DNA of 50,809 bases from a virus. Lineage: Duplodnaviria > Caudoviricetes. The position numbers were made by a program, and so were the translations under genes. The stretch lies in IMG/VR virus record IMGVR_UViG_3300030372_000654, positions 1 through 50,809 of that record; one strand, 5' to 3'. Below are positions 24,055 through 34,758 of the stretch, one piece after another (position 1 is the first letter of the stretch; every line of letters begins with the position of its first letter). The notes beneath the pieces are model-generated. The model had not been told where the DNA came from. It worked only from the letters and a program-made list of their open reading frames with translations, and ran no database searches.

Positions 24055-26031
24055 TTATAATGGTGGCTGCATTTTTCTCATTTCAACTAAGGTATCTAAA
24101 CTTTGTCCTGCCATTTGATAAAAACCTTCGATGTTATCTGACAACATATTGTTAGCATATATATCTGTAGACTCATACCACATATCTTGATCGGGTAATG
24201 TAACTAATCTATAATTATTAAAGTTAGGAACAAACCCCATGTAAGCTATGATAGTATTCTCTGACCCATACTCTCCTGTCTCTTCTTGTTTAGCCTGTAC
24301 ATCTTCTTGTGCATCTTGTAAGTTTTGAGCTATAACATTAGCCACAGTTTGTTCAGCTTCGGTAGCTGATGCATCATTAGATACTGAAACATCTATTTGA
24401 CTTTGTAAAGTTTGAGTAGGTGTTGTACCCACAGCAACACTTGTTGTCTCAACTGATTCAACTTCAACACTTGTTGAGTTTGTAGAGTCTGTGACATTTG
24501 TACTCATGCTTAATACTTGATTGTTTTGTGCAGTAGAAGATGCAAATTGTTCAGATATACTAGGAGAGTTACTAATACTTACACCGCCACCAGAATTAGA
24601 TGATGATACGCTAGAAGCTCCTGTCGTGCCACCTGTAGCATGTATAGAGTTTCCTGATGTAGTTCCACTAACACTAGCCTTAGCTGTGCTTAGAGTGGAC
24701 GAGACGACACGTAACGCTGTTTCTTTGCTAATCGAGCTTTCACTTTCTGAAACTTCAGCAACTAGTTCTTCTTCTATCTCTTCCTCTATAACCTCATCTT
24801 CTTCTTCAACAAGTTCTTCAATGAGTTCTTCCTCCGGCTCCTCTGCATACGCAAGTTCTTCTTCCACAATTGTCTCTTCCTCAAACCATTCCTCCACTTC
24901 TTCAATAAATGTTTCTTGAAATACAAATTCTTCAATCATTAAATCTTCAATGGGTACAAAGACTTCTTCATCTCTTATAAATGGTAGAGGTTCTATAAAT
25001 TCTTCTAGTGGTTGTAGCTGTTCAAATATTATCATTTCTTCAAACACAAACTCTGGTTCTTCAAACAGCTCGTACTCAGGTTCAAAGATATATTCTTCAA
25101 ATATTTCTGGCTCTTCAAAAGTGTCATACAAAGTGTCATACTCTTCATAACCAAAGTCAAACATTTCTTCTTCATATCCGTAGTCAAAATATTCTTCTTC
25201 TTGATAGTAACCTATATCTTCTTCTTGTCTGTAGCCTTGACAGAAAGGTCCATACTGGGGGTCTAGATCACACTGTAAATCATCATACGCATCCCAATAT
25301 CCTGCACAGCTTACATCATTCAAAGGATTACTACAGTCAATAGTTTCACTTGTACCATATAATGAACCACCATTTTCTAGTAAAGTATTTGCTGCAGTAT
25401 TATTCCAATCAGTACTCACACACGAGCTAGTATTAGTTGTACCTGTATTACATTCATCGTGAAACAAGTATTGATAGTAAGTATCTGAATCTTTTTGTTG
25501 ACCTATTAATACATCGTGTTGTATAATATCTAATGCACCATATCTAAAATCAAATGTAGAGTTTGTCCAAAGTATAACTTCAAAACTGTTATCAGTATTA
25601 CTACGATTGTACTCTCGCATATTATACCAACCAAAAACTGTTTTATCACTAAAGTTTTTAGCTAACATCTTAGACTGATTATCTCTAATTAGGTCAGTCC
25701 AAAATGGAAACAGTGTATAGTTGTATTGTGGAAGTGGGTCAGGTGTATAATCACCACAGTAATTATTATAGTTTACGTTACCTGTACCTAACCCAAAATG
25801 CAGACAGCCATTCGTAGCCATACGAGCAGATGTAAATTGTTGGTCGTAAAAGTTAAACGTAAAATCTAAATTAAAAGCAGACGAAAGCTGATCGTCTCCT
25901 GAGTTTAGACTGGTGGTGTTTGATTCGTTTGTAAGGTCTATTAAAGGTTGATTACCTTCAGGTATGTATTCACTAAATACATTAAGACTTAATAGACACG
26001 CTACTGCGTAGCATAAAATTCTTTTTTGCAT
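24055..26031 (-). CDS. Secreted protein with a nidogen (NIDO)-like N-domain, Cys repeats and a Glu-rich tract
   Basis: Signal peptide; F.FNFY..F....TNG.L.F..PFWTDL..NSFEVIL; DCSNPLND.SC; long acidic and Ser-rich regions. Confidence 0.75.
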   Translation of the reverse strand: MQKRILCYAVACLLSLNVFSEYIPEGNQPLIDLTNESNTTSLNSGDDQLSSAFNLDFTFNFYDQQFTSARMATNGCLHFGLGTGNVNYNNYCGDYTPDPLPQYNYTLFPFWTDLIRDNQSKMLAKNFSDKTVFGWYNMREYNRSNTDNSFEVILWTNSTFDFRYGALDIIQHDVLIGQQKDSDTYYQYLFHDECNTGTTNTSSCVSTDWNNTAANTLLENGGSLYGTSETIDCSNPLNDVSCAGYWDAYDDLQCDLDPQYGPFCQGYRQEEDIGYYQEEEYFDYGYEEEMFDFGYEEYDTLYDTFEEPEIFEEYIFEPEYELFEEPEFVFEEMIIFEQLQPLEEFIEPLPFIRDEEVFVPIEDLMIEEFVFQETFIEEVEEWFEEETIVEEELAYAEEPEEELIEELVEEEDEVIEEEIEEELVAEVSESESSISKETALRVVSSTLSTAKASVSGTTSGNSIHATGGTTGASSVSSSNSGGGVSISNSPSISEQFASSTAQNNQVLSMSTNVTDSTNSTSVEVESVETTSVAVGTTPTQTLQSQIDVSVSNDASATEAEQTVANVIAQNLQDAQEDVQAKQEETGEYGSENTIIAYMGFVPNFNNYRLVTLPDQDMWYESTDIYANNMLSDNIEGFYQMAGQSLDTLVEMRKMQPPL

Positions 26032-27137
26032 TGCCTTTTAGTTTTAGTTTTTCTTGTATATATAACTTTAACCGCCCCAACAACATCTTTGTTAATCTTA
26101 TCTCTGTTAGGGTTTCTATCGTGTGTGCATTGCTGTATAAAAAGTTTCTCTTGCTCTTTAGCATCGGGTCTTTTAGATTTGTTTTCTGCCCAAGCAACTG
26201 TAGCTTCTTTACCTATCTTACCTTGGTAAGGGCAAGGAGTACCAGCCATTTCCATAGCTTTAAATACTCTTGGGTCTTGACAAAGTATAGATACTGAAGC
26301 GACTTTCATACCGGTATCATAGAGATACTTGGAAAGTTTTAAGCGTTCACAGTTCTCGTCAGTCACAGTTGCTCCTGTAGAGAACCCAAATACTTGCCCT
26401 ACCGTACATAAGTCTTGTGAATAAGACATTATAGATGGGGCAATAGCAGAAGCAGGAGGTGCCTTGCTTTTGACATTCTGATTAATTGTTTGGGTAGAGT
26501 TAGACTCATTAATATTTCTGTTCGTATTATCAGATGTAGTGTTATTATTATTGTTGTTAGTATTTTCAGTAGTAACATTAGAGTCTGATGTAGATTGATT
26601 AATGTTTGTGTTAGTATTTGTATTAGTATTATTACTTGTAGAATTACTTGTATTGTTTACATTTTGATTTACTGTAGAATTTACAGTAGAGTTTGATGTA
26701 GACGTAGAAGTATTTATATTTGTATTAGTATTATTATTGTTATTAGTATTCGTAGAGGTAGAGGTATTAATGTTATTATTGGTTGATGTATTAACATTAG
26801 TATTATTATTGGTAGAAGTATTAGTGTTTGTATTTACATTAGTATTACTATTAGTATTAGTATTAGTGTTAGTATTATTATTAGTATTATTATTAGTATT
26901 AGTATTCGTAGTTACTGTAGTATTAATAGTAGTCAAACCATTGTCTTCACAATACTGTGTACCTGAAGTACAGTCTCCTGTTTGGTCGGCACTTACACTA
27001 AATGAAAGTAAAAACAAACCTATTAAAATTAACGGTCCAAAAAATCCTCTATTTATATCCCCTCTTGACACTTTATTTATCTCCTCCCGGTTTTTTAGAT
27101 GTGCTAGTATAAAGACCAAACCATGCAGCTCCTGCAC
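26001..27137 (-). CDS. Secreted Asn/Thr-rich protein with a Cys-containing C-domain; true start probably near 27070
   Basis: Signal peptide (LIGLFLLSFSVSA); about 140-aa N/T tract; SAIAPS..C..DENCERLK..GMKVA..LCQD..AGTPCP. Confidence 0.75.
   Translation of the reverse strand: MQELHGLVFILAHLKNREEINKVSRGDINRGFFGPLILIGLFLLSFSVSADQTGDCTSGTQYCEDNGLTTINTTVTTNTNTNNNTNNNTNTNTNTNSNTNVNTNTNTSTNNNTNVNTSTNNNINTSTSTNTNNNNNTNTNINTSTSTSNSTVNSTVNQNVNNTSNSTSNNTNTNTNTNINQSTSDSNVTTENTNNNNNNTTSDNTNRNINESNSTQTINQNVKSKAPPASAIAPSIMSYSQDLCTVGQVFGFSTGATVTDENCERLKLSKYLYDTGMKVASVSILCQDPRVFKAMEMAGTPCPYQGKIGKEATVAWAENKSKRPDAKEQEKLFIQQCTHDRNPNRDKINKDVVGAVKVIYTRKTKTKRQCKKEFYATQ
26500..26935 (-). repeat. Low-complexity Asn/Thr-coding repeat
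   Basis: Tandem tta/gta/ttg triplets on the plus strand. Confidence 0.85.
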
Positions 27138-27453
27138 CTACAACAACAGATATTAAACCTGATTGTTCCATTGTAGGATTGTCTAGTCCCATAAACCAAA
27201 ATGTGGTATAATATAATAAATACATGTAAACACTTAAAAAAGCTCGAGGTATAATCCTCCAGCTATCTACAGCTTGTGCTACAAATATTAATTTTTGATA
27301 AGGGTTATCATTCTTAGTATCTTCTAACTCTCTTATCCTATCTTTTAATTCTGACTTTTCTTGTAGCAAAGCCATGAATTTATTAAGGTCAATTTCTACC
27401 TCATTTCTATCCATGTCGCCACTAAAGCCACCCATCATATTATTGTTTTGCAT
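27073..27453 (-). CDS. Two-TM membrane protein, holin-like candidate
   Basis: DSWRIIPR followed by two hydrophobic helices. Confidence 0.65.
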   Translation of the reverse strand: MQNNNMMGGFSGDMDRNEVEIDLNKFMALLQEKSELKDRIRELEDTKNDNPYQKLIFVAQAVDSWRIIPRAFLSVYMYLLYYTTFWFMGLDNPTMEQSGLISVVVGAGAAWFGLYTSTSKKPGGDK

Positions 27454-27464
27454 AATGCCCTCTA

Positions 27465-27896
27465 TTATTTTTTAACTAAACTACCACCAAAGTACATGCC
27501 TATAATAGCTGATACTAAGTTAGTATCTAGTTGCGTAATTACCAAGCCTTTAAATGTTATCCATTCAAAAACTTCTCTCCCTTCTGTTAAAAATAAAAAT
27601 CCCGGATTAAATACAGTATAACCTACTGTTACATCTACATCTGGATAGTATACTGCTACTAGTTTAGGCAGTATAACAATTGCAAAGATAGATGATAAGG
27701 CAATGATACGTCTTGTCCATTGAAACCCTACATTATCCACGTTTCTTGCAGATTCAATTGCTTCTAATTGAAATTTACCACGAGTAATTAAAAGCTCTTG
27801 TTCTTTTTGTTTAGCTTTTAATCTTTGTGACCACAGACTTAGCATACTACTAATTAAAGTAGACCCAAGCATGGTTATAATTTCAAATGGAAACAT
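27465..27896 (-). CDS. Membrane protein, holin candidate
   Basis: WTRR then a TM helix; IIGMYFG C-terminus; close to the endolysin. Confidence 0.65.
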   Translation of the reverse strand: MFPFEIITMLGSTLISSMLSLWSQRLKAKQKEQELLITRGKFQLEAIESARNVDNVGFQWTRRIIALSSIFAIVILPKLVAVYYPDVDVTVGYTVFNPGFLFLTEGREVFEWITFKGLVITQLDTNLVSAIIGMYFGGSLVKK

Positions 27897-27897
27897 A

Positions 27898-28134
27898 TTA
27901 TTTATCCAGTGTTAAAGTTGATTCAAGTAATTCGTTTACAGAGTTTATTAGGTACTCCGGTATTTCTGCACCTAATATATCGTCCGCATTATATGCTATC
28001 ATATAAGATTCTAACAGGTCTTCGTATAAAGGTCTGAACTCTTCTCTAGTTACCCAAGCTTCGTTACATTTTGTACGAGCTTTACAGTCTATTCGATACG
28101 CAACATCGAGTTGTTTTTCTGTATAGAGTAACAT
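27898..28134 (-). CDS. Hypothetical protein
   Basis: MLLYTEKQL..AY..EEFRPLYE. Confidence 0.7.
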   Translation of the reverse strand: MLLYTEKQLDVAYRIDCKARTKCNEAWVTREEFRPLYEDLLESYMIAYNADDILGAEIPEYLINSVNELLESTLTLDK

Positions 28135-28583
28135 TATTGATCAAGGACAACCTGCTGTAGCTCAACGCTACGTCTACCTACTTGAGTAAACCACCGACTG
28201 TTTTGCATTTCGGCAGCCATTCTATCCCAGTTATGTTCTCTACAAGCCTGTAGCATATTTCTAAACTTTAAAAGTCTTGAACCACCTAAATTAAAACACA
28301 TGTTTACTAACACGTGCTGTATTTTTTCAGGAAGTTTATAAAAATCTTCTTGATTACCAAACACATGTATAGCTTCTTTATAATGTTTATTAAAATCATC
28401 TTCGTAATACATGTCAACTACTTCTTGTGATACAGGTGTACCAACTTCCCAAGAATATTCGGGGTCATTAGGCTGACATAAATGACCAACTCCTAGAGTT
28501 TTATAGCCTAAACTGTCCATATAAATTTCTAGGACTTCGCCCTCGTGTCGTTTAATATCTGCTTTACATTGTTCAATGTTCAT
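28134..28583 (-). CDS. Endolysin (GH24, T4-lysozyme-like)
   Basis: HEG-x5-YMDSLGYKTLGVGH (E-D-T triad), NMCFNLG, SRWFTQV..R. Confidence 0.9.
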   Translation of the reverse strand: MNIEQCKADIKRHEGEVLEIYMDSLGYKTLGVGHLCQPNDPEYSWEVGTPVSQEVVDMYYEDDFNKHYKEAIHVFGNQEDFYKLPEKIQHVLVNMCFNLGGSRLLKFRNMLQACREHNWDRMAAEMQNSRWFTQVGRRSVELQQVVLDQ

Positions 28584-31500
28584 CGTTCTTCCTCGTCTTC
28601 TAATATAACACCTGCTTGTTCATCATATGGAACACCAGTCATTCTATCTTTTCTTTCATCAGGTTCGTCAATAACATTAGGTACGTTTAAAACTATACCT
28701 CCTTTTGCATAACTACCTAGACCTGCTGTTGATGTTGTTTCTGGTGAAGAACCTCTAGCTGCTCTTCTTAATTCTTTTTTAGTTCCTTCTCCTAATACTA
28801 AATCTAATGCTGAGTATCCGGGAATATTTGTAACTAAAATTTCAGGTATATTTTTTCTATATAAAATACCATCAATTGCATCTTGAGGTAAAGGACCAGC
28901 AAAAGCTTTTAGTGTTGCTGTATAAGCTCCTACATTTCTATCATATTCGTTAGCCCATCGAGACTGATAATCAAACGGACCAAACCCACCCCATCTTCTA
29001 ATTGATTCAGCTATTAATTTGCCATCATCTTTTTTTAAACCAGTTTCATAGTCTGTTAAGTTTTCTCCATTACTTCTAATTGTATTACCAATATGTGCTA
29101 CAGCACTCATTAATATAACTGTAGGAAGTACTTTAGGTATACTTTGCATTGGACTATTAACAGCTTCGTTTGAAAATCTTTTTAATATTGTGTTGTTAAA
29201 AACTGTTGGATATCCAGCAAACTGAACTAATAACTGAGCAGCAGGAAGAGAGAACCATAAAGGTCTGTTAGCTTCTGCAGTGCTTGGGTTTAAAATAATT
29301 TCTTTTGTAAATCTATTAGCTCCTGATGTGTAAGCTCCTTCATAAAAATCTTGAGCTTTAGCTAATGCATCATCAAACTTACCATCTTTTAATGATGCTC
29401 GATACCAAGCAACAGCTTCGTTTGCGTCAATTCCTAAATCATTAAGTTGTTGAGTTAAATATTTTTTGTTACTTTTACTTAAATTACCTTCAGCTAATCT
29501 TTTAGCATTGGTTTTAATTAATCTTTTTCCAGTTGTAAAAGATGCTAATTGTACAGCTTTAGTCCACTGAGTTAATAAGTTAACTTTAAAAAAAGCAGCT
29601 TGTCCTCTTTTAGCCCACTTACCATACATTCCCTCACCAGCTAACCCTTCAATTCTTTCTTGAACTGCTTGTTCTAAAGCCAACCCAGTTTTGTATAGTT
29701 CTCCCCATACATCATCATCAACAGTAGCAAAAATAGATTCTCCTTCTTTTTGAATACCAATGTCTTTAATGCCTTTTGTTTTTTTGCCAAGTATTCCTCG
29801 TTGAATTCCTTTAATACTTCTATCAAGAACACTATTACCTTCTTTAACAATTGAACTTGCAATGTCTTTTATAACTGCAGGTGAATCTTTTAAACCTGCA
29901 CGACTTAAAAGTAAAAGAGGTTCAGTAACACTTGATAAAGTAGCAAAAGGTAAGTGAGCCATTTGCTGAGATAGTTTACCCCAATCAGCCATACTTCTAG
30001 CCCAACCTTCTCTCTTTAATAAAGAACCGGCATCTGTTTCAATGCCTGTTACTCTAGCGTGGGTTGTTCTTGCTTGTTTTATAATTTTATCAGCATCTGT
30101 TGCTGACATACCTGCAGCTTTTAATTCTTTAAACATTGGTTGAATTGTATTATCTTCAAATTCTTTTAAAGTTTTACCAAAATATTTTGCCCGGGCAATT
30201 GCTTGACCAGTGTTTGTAAAATAAGTTTCTAATATTTGTTGAAGATCGTCTTCTAAAAATTCAGCCATATCTTCATCTTTAATATTTCTAAATCTTCTTT
30301 CTTGTAAAAAACCTGTAGCATTTGCACGTTGACCTTTTTGACGTAATTCAAACGGTGTCCATCTATACTCTAACATGTCTTTAACAATCATATCAGCTTT
30401 TAATTCTTTAGCTTTTAATAATTGTTCAGGTGTAGCATCTTCAATTCTATAAATTACTTGTTGAGTTTTACCTACTTTTGTACCTTTTACTCCAGCTTCT
30501 TTTAAAAAGTTTGTTCTAAAAATATCATCATCTACACCTTTAGCATCTCTTAATACACCTTTACGAACTTCATCAGTTAACTCATCAACAAACTGTACTG
30601 TTGGTAGTTCGTTTATAGGATCAGCGTGTCCGGAATCAATTAATAATTTTTTAAATTTATCTTGTTTTTTTTCTAAAACTTCATATTTAAAAAGTCTTGG
30701 GAAATAACCTTTAGTAAATTTAACAAAAGGTCCAAATAAACCTACTTGAGCTGCATCTTTAAAAGCTGTATCTAGAGTTTCACGAACTCCTTTATAAGCT
30801 TGTATAACTGCTGGTTCAACTTGCCCTTTTAATTTATCTACATTATTTATATCTAATGTATTGTCTCTTAATAATTTTAAAAGAGAAGCTTCTTGTTTTT
30901 TATCTAATCTAGCTCTCCATCCTGTACGATATAAAACATTTAAACTTTTAGCTAAAGCATATTGATATTTTCCTATCATTTCTCCCATAAACAAACCAAA
31001 AGATTTTTCTTTAACTCCTTTTTCTCCTCTGCTTGTTAAAGTTGTATCATAGTCATATCTTAATTTTTTTAAAAATTCTTTAAGTGTTGGAGATTTTTCA
31101 ACATAAGAATTAAACCATGTAGTAGGCTTACCAAATGTATTTGCAATAATTTTATTTAAAGTTGGACCACTAGAAGATAAAGCTAAATCAATTCTAGAAT
31201 CTTCAACAACTTCTTTTCTAGTTTGTGATGAAGCTACATTATCAATTAAGTTTTCATTAGTATGTTTAAACTCTTTAGTTAAATATCTATTACCATATAA
31301 ACCGAGCCCACCACCAATAACACCACCAGCTATACCACCAAATAATCCACCAGCTACTGTCATCCCAGCAAGAGAACCTAAATCATATTCATCTCTAATA
31401 CCAAGATCAACATCAATATCCTGCACAAAAAACTCATGTGGTCCAGCCCAAGCCATGCCTTCAGCAGCACCAAAAAGTGCAGTTTGTTTAGCAGCTCTTA

Positions 31501-32116
31501 CAGCTTTAGCTTGTTTTAAAGCTGCTCGTTTTGACAATTGTGAAGCTGTAAGTTTTTTAACACCTGCTTGTGCTGCAGCTCCTAAAGCTCCACGTGTAGC
31601 TAAACTAGCACCACCTGTAGGTATAGCAAATAATCCTGCAAGAATATTTAAAGGGTCGGTTAAAATATCTACAGATAAATCTTTAACTAAATTAAATCGT
31701 TCTTTAAAACCTTTTAAGTTAGAATTATTAAATTTATTACGAAGGTAAATATAATCTTGTTTTTCTTGTTCAGTCCAATCACCAACTTCAGTAGACCTAA
31801 CAAATGCAGAACTTAAACTAAAATTTTCATCACGCAAGTATTCAAAAATATTTTCATTTCTACCTATACCCTGTAAAAATCTTTCTGCTCTCATAGCAAA
31901 CTCAGGGTCTTTTTCTAAATCAGTTAAACTATAGTTATAACCAAGATTAGATGGAGTATCATACTCAGTAACTGAAGCTAAGTTTGGTTCAGGAGCTACT
32001 GTATATGTTTCTTCAGGAGTTAATCCATAAGATTCAGAAACAATATCAGCAAACAAAGGATTGTCATTTGTAGGTTCTTTAGGTTCATCTATAAACCTTG
32101 TAAGATCAACTGCCAT
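28580..32116 (-). CDS. Large internal virion (ejection) protein
   Basis: 1178 aa; last of the post-tail large ORFs; Gly/Ala hydrophobic segments (DPLNIL..GGIAGG); YFPR motif. Confidence 0.7.
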   Translation of the reverse strand: MAVDLTRFIDEPKEPTNDNPLFADIVSESYGLTPEETYTVAPEPNLASVTEYDTPSNLGYNYSLTDLEKDPEFAMRAERFLQGIGRNENIFEYLRDENFSLSSAFVRSTEVGDWTEQEKQDYIYLRNKFNNSNLKGFKERFNLVKDLSVDILTDPLNILAGLFAIPTGGASLATRGALGAAAQAGVKKLTASQLSKRAALKQAKAVRAAKQTALFGAAEGMAWAGPHEFFVQDIDVDLGIRDEYDLGSLAGMTVAGGLFGGIAGGVIGGGLGLYGNRYLTKEFKHTNENLIDNVASSQTRKEVVEDSRIDLALSSSGPTLNKIIANTFGKPTTWFNSYVEKSPTLKEFLKKLRYDYDTTLTSRGEKGVKEKSFGLFMGEMIGKYQYALAKSLNVLYRTGWRARLDKKQEASLLKLLRDNTLDINNVDKLKGQVEPAVIQAYKGVRETLDTAFKDAAQVGLFGPFVKFTKGYFPRLFKYEVLEKKQDKFKKLLIDSGHADPINELPTVQFVDELTDEVRKGVLRDAKGVDDDIFRTNFLKEAGVKGTKVGKTQQVIYRIEDATPEQLLKAKELKADMIVKDMLEYRWTPFELRQKGQRANATGFLQERRFRNIKDEDMAEFLEDDLQQILETYFTNTGQAIARAKYFGKTLKEFEDNTIQPMFKELKAAGMSATDADKIIKQARTTHARVTGIETDAGSLLKREGWARSMADWGKLSQQMAHLPFATLSSVTEPLLLLSRAGLKDSPAVIKDIASSIVKEGNSVLDRSIKGIQRGILGKKTKGIKDIGIQKEGESIFATVDDDVWGELYKTGLALEQAVQERIEGLAGEGMYGKWAKRGQAAFFKVNLLTQWTKAVQLASFTTGKRLIKTNAKRLAEGNLSKSNKKYLTQQLNDLGIDANEAVAWYRASLKDGKFDDALAKAQDFYEGAYTSGANRFTKEIILNPSTAEANRPLWFSLPAAQLLVQFAGYPTVFNNTILKRFSNEAVNSPMQSIPKVLPTVILMSAVAHIGNTIRSNGENLTDYETGLKKDDGKLIAESIRRWGGFGPFDYQSRWANEYDRNVGAYTATLKAFAGPLPQDAIDGILYRKNIPEILVTNIPGYSALDLVLGEGTKKELRRAARGSSPETTSTAGLGSYAKGGIVLNVPNVIDEPDERKDRMTGVPYDEQAGVILEDEEER

Positions 32117-32119
32117 GTA

Positions 32120-32650
32120 CTATCTACCTAAAAGACTTTTTAATGTTTGTTTGAAACCACCACTAACAAAACCATTATTTACTAAAAAGTTTTGTCTGGC
32201 TTCTTCTCTATCTTCTATATAAGTTGGAGATTTTGGGTCATATCGTACATAATTATCAACATAGTAATCTGCCATTGCTTCAGGTTCTGTAGGAATAGAA
32301 TCTACAGCTACCATAAAGTAAGCTCTAGCTACAGCAGCAGAAACTACAGGTTGTTCTAAATCTTTTTTAGTAACATCCATTAAGTCTATATTTAAATTAT
32401 CTTTTAAAAGTTCGTTGTATTTTTTCATATCTCTACCAATACCATCAGTAGATAATCTTCTTTTAATTTCAGCTAGACTTTGAGATGGAATAATTTGCAT
32501 AGGACCATAAGCATCTCTTGTTGTACTAAATGTATTTTTATTTAGCCCATAATTAGATTCTGCTTTAGCTACGTAGTTTAAAAAGTTTTTAGTTGTTTGT
32601 TTATAATTATCGCTTACACCTTGAATGTCAACAACAGCTTCAATACATCT
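32120..32650 (-). pseudogene. Lysozyme/transglycosylase-like C-terminal domain, out of frame with the upstream virion gene
   Basis: Frame open from 32650 with no clear start or RBS; encodes AESNYG...AYGPMQI..AARAY upstream of the first ATG. Confidence 0.55.
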
Positions 32651-34755
32651 TCACCAACAGCCTTAGGTTTTGTAATATCTAAATTAATTTCTTGTGTTTC
32701 TGTCACTTCTTCTTTTTGTACAGTTTGCATAGAACTTAATTCTTTTTTGTTTTTGTTATACTCTTCTTCTAATCTTCTAAATTGAGATGGAGTTGAATTA
32801 AATTTTAAGTTAGTTCTATTAGTTTCAAATTCAGTTACTTTAGCTTGTAACTCATTCATACCTTTATCTCTTAATTCAGGCGATGCTAAAATAGTTCTTC
32901 GTTGATTTTCAAGTTCTGTAAGTCTAGTTTTTGCTTCTTCAATTTGTCTTGGTGAAGCTTCAATAACTGTACCCATAATTTTATTACCACCTTGATTAAT
33001 AAATCTAGTAGTTTGTCGTATTTGATTTTCAATTTGACTTATTTGAATAGCTTGATCACCACCTAAAGATGTTCTAGCTTCTTCTTCTTTAACTTGTAAG
33101 TACTCTATAATTGGTAAATTAAGAGGATTTGGTGTTGTATTATTAAGTTCTTCTAAAGCTTGTAATTTATCGTTTTCTGTACCTCTATTAGAATTTAATA
33201 TTTGTAATGCCATAGAATACCAAGCATTGTCTTTTCCTCGTGCACTTAATTTAACATAATCTTGAGTAGCTTCTCCAGTTTTTAAATTAAACATAGGATT
33301 TAAAACTGGATCAATTTTATCTGAAGATTGTTTATCGCTGTACCCCATATTAGTTTTAATAGATTGTCGATCTACAATTTCCATTCCTAAACTAGCTAAT
33401 GGGTCTTGAGCTCCATAAAATTTATAATCACTAAAAAATCCCGGATCGTATACTCCAGCTTGTAATACAGCTAAAGCTGCAAATTTGTTTCTAAACTCAT
33501 CGTTTTCTAACTGTTTTATAAAATTAGTTGTTTGAGATGTATCAAACCCAGCACCTGCAGGACCTGCTTTTTTTATTATTTCTAAAGCAAATAGCTTATC
33601 ATTTTTTAATCGAAGTGATAAAGCAAGAGCTCGTTTTTGAAAGTTTACTTTAACCGAAGGATTTTTTATATCTTTTTGTAAATCTTCAAACACACCATCA
33701 TCAATATAAGATTGAAGACCATATCTTTCAAATACAATATCATTGTCTACGTCTCTAGCTAAACTTAATAAAACTACATCAGTCATATTATTTCTTTGTG
33801 GTTCATATTGTTTACTATTAACCATATTTAAATATCTTTCAGGAGATTGTCTTGCTGATTGTAATCCTTTATCAACAGCTTCCAATACTATACCTCTAAC
33901 ATTTAAACTACCTAAAACTTCTCGTAGTTCTGGAGTTTGTAAATTTTCAGGTTTTAATTTTTTAAAAAGATTTAAGTTGCCTTTAGCTTCTTGATCATTT
34001 CCTAGACTTTTAATAAATCCACCAAACGCTTCGAGCATACCTTGATTTGAAAGTTCTGATTCTTTTTGAGAATATTTTTGTCTAAGATATTGACTATACC
34101 TACCTTTATCTAGTTTAAAAGATTCTTTTAAAACATCGTCTCTTGATAATTTATCATCATTAAAAAATTTTTCTAGTCCATTTAAATATTTAACATGATT
34201 GTCATTTGTAATCATTTGTTCAAATAAAGATTGAGCTGCAACTTCTTGAACAATATTATATGCTCTAGGGTTGTCTTTTTGCATTGTAGGTTGAGATGAA
34301 AACTTTAGTTGTTGGTCAATTAACGGACTAATTTTATCAGTAAAACCTTGTTTATTATCTAAATTACTAAAAAATCTTTTTGTATTTTCTTCAGTCGTGT
34401 AAACTTTACCAGTTACAGGATTAATTTCTTTGGTAAATTCTTCTAAAGACTTATAACCAACAGGTGCATAATTATAAATTGTAGATAAATTTTGTATTTG
34501 TTTAGCATCACTTTCTGAACTAAGTAAATCTAATGTTTGTTGATTTGTTAATTCTTTTTGTCTACGTTTAAATGCATTTTTCATTAAACCTTGACCAGCT
34601 AAAAGCACAGCTAAAGCTTGTTGAACTCGCATATCTTTTTTATCACGCTTTCTTTGTTGTGCTGCAAGTTCACCTTTACGCTGAAGTAACGAACCTCCAA
34701 GCTCAGAAACTGACATGTTTTTATAATTATCTACAATATCACTATAGTTGGACAT
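32614..34755 (-). CDS. Internal virion protein, probably truncated by a frameshift
   Basis: 713-aa helical protein in the internal-protein block. Confidence 0.7.
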   Translation of the reverse strand: MSNYSDIVDNYKNMSVSELGGSLLQRKGELAAQQRKRDKKDMRVQQALAVLLAGQGLMKNAFKRRQKELTNQQTLDLLSSESDAKQIQNLSTIYNYAPVGYKSLEEFTKEINPVTGKVYTTEENTKRFFSNLDNKQGFTDKISPLIDQQLKFSSQPTMQKDNPRAYNIVQEVAAQSLFEQMITNDNHVKYLNGLEKFFNDDKLSRDDVLKESFKLDKGRYSQYLRQKYSQKESELSNQGMLEAFGGFIKSLGNDQEAKGNLNLFKKLKPENLQTPELREVLGSLNVRGIVLEAVDKGLQSARQSPERYLNMVNSKQYEPQRNNMTDVVLLSLARDVDNDIVFERYGLQSYIDDGVFEDLQKDIKNPSVKVNFQKRALALSLRLKNDKLFALEIIKKAGPAGAGFDTSQTTNFIKQLENDEFRNKFAALAVLQAGVYDPGFFSDYKFYGAQDPLASLGMEIVDRQSIKTNMGYSDKQSSDKIDPVLNPMFNLKTGEATQDYVKLSARGKDNAWYSMALQILNSNRGTENDKLQALEELNNTTPNPLNLPIIEYLQVKEEEARTSLGGDQAIQISQIENQIRQTTRFINQGGNKIMGTVIEASPRQIEEAKTRLTELENQRRTILASPELRDKGMNELQAKVTEFETNRTNLKFNSTPSQFRRLEEEYNKNKKELSSMQTVQKEEVTETQEINLDITKPKAVGEDVLKLLLTFKV

Positions 34756-34758
34756 CTT

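Noticed and set aside
24521-27156. Plus-strand ORFs such as 24521..24919 and 26737..27156 (poly-Ser, poly-Leu/Val)
   Set aside because: Antisense shadows of Glu-rich and Asn/Thr-rich minus-strand genes.
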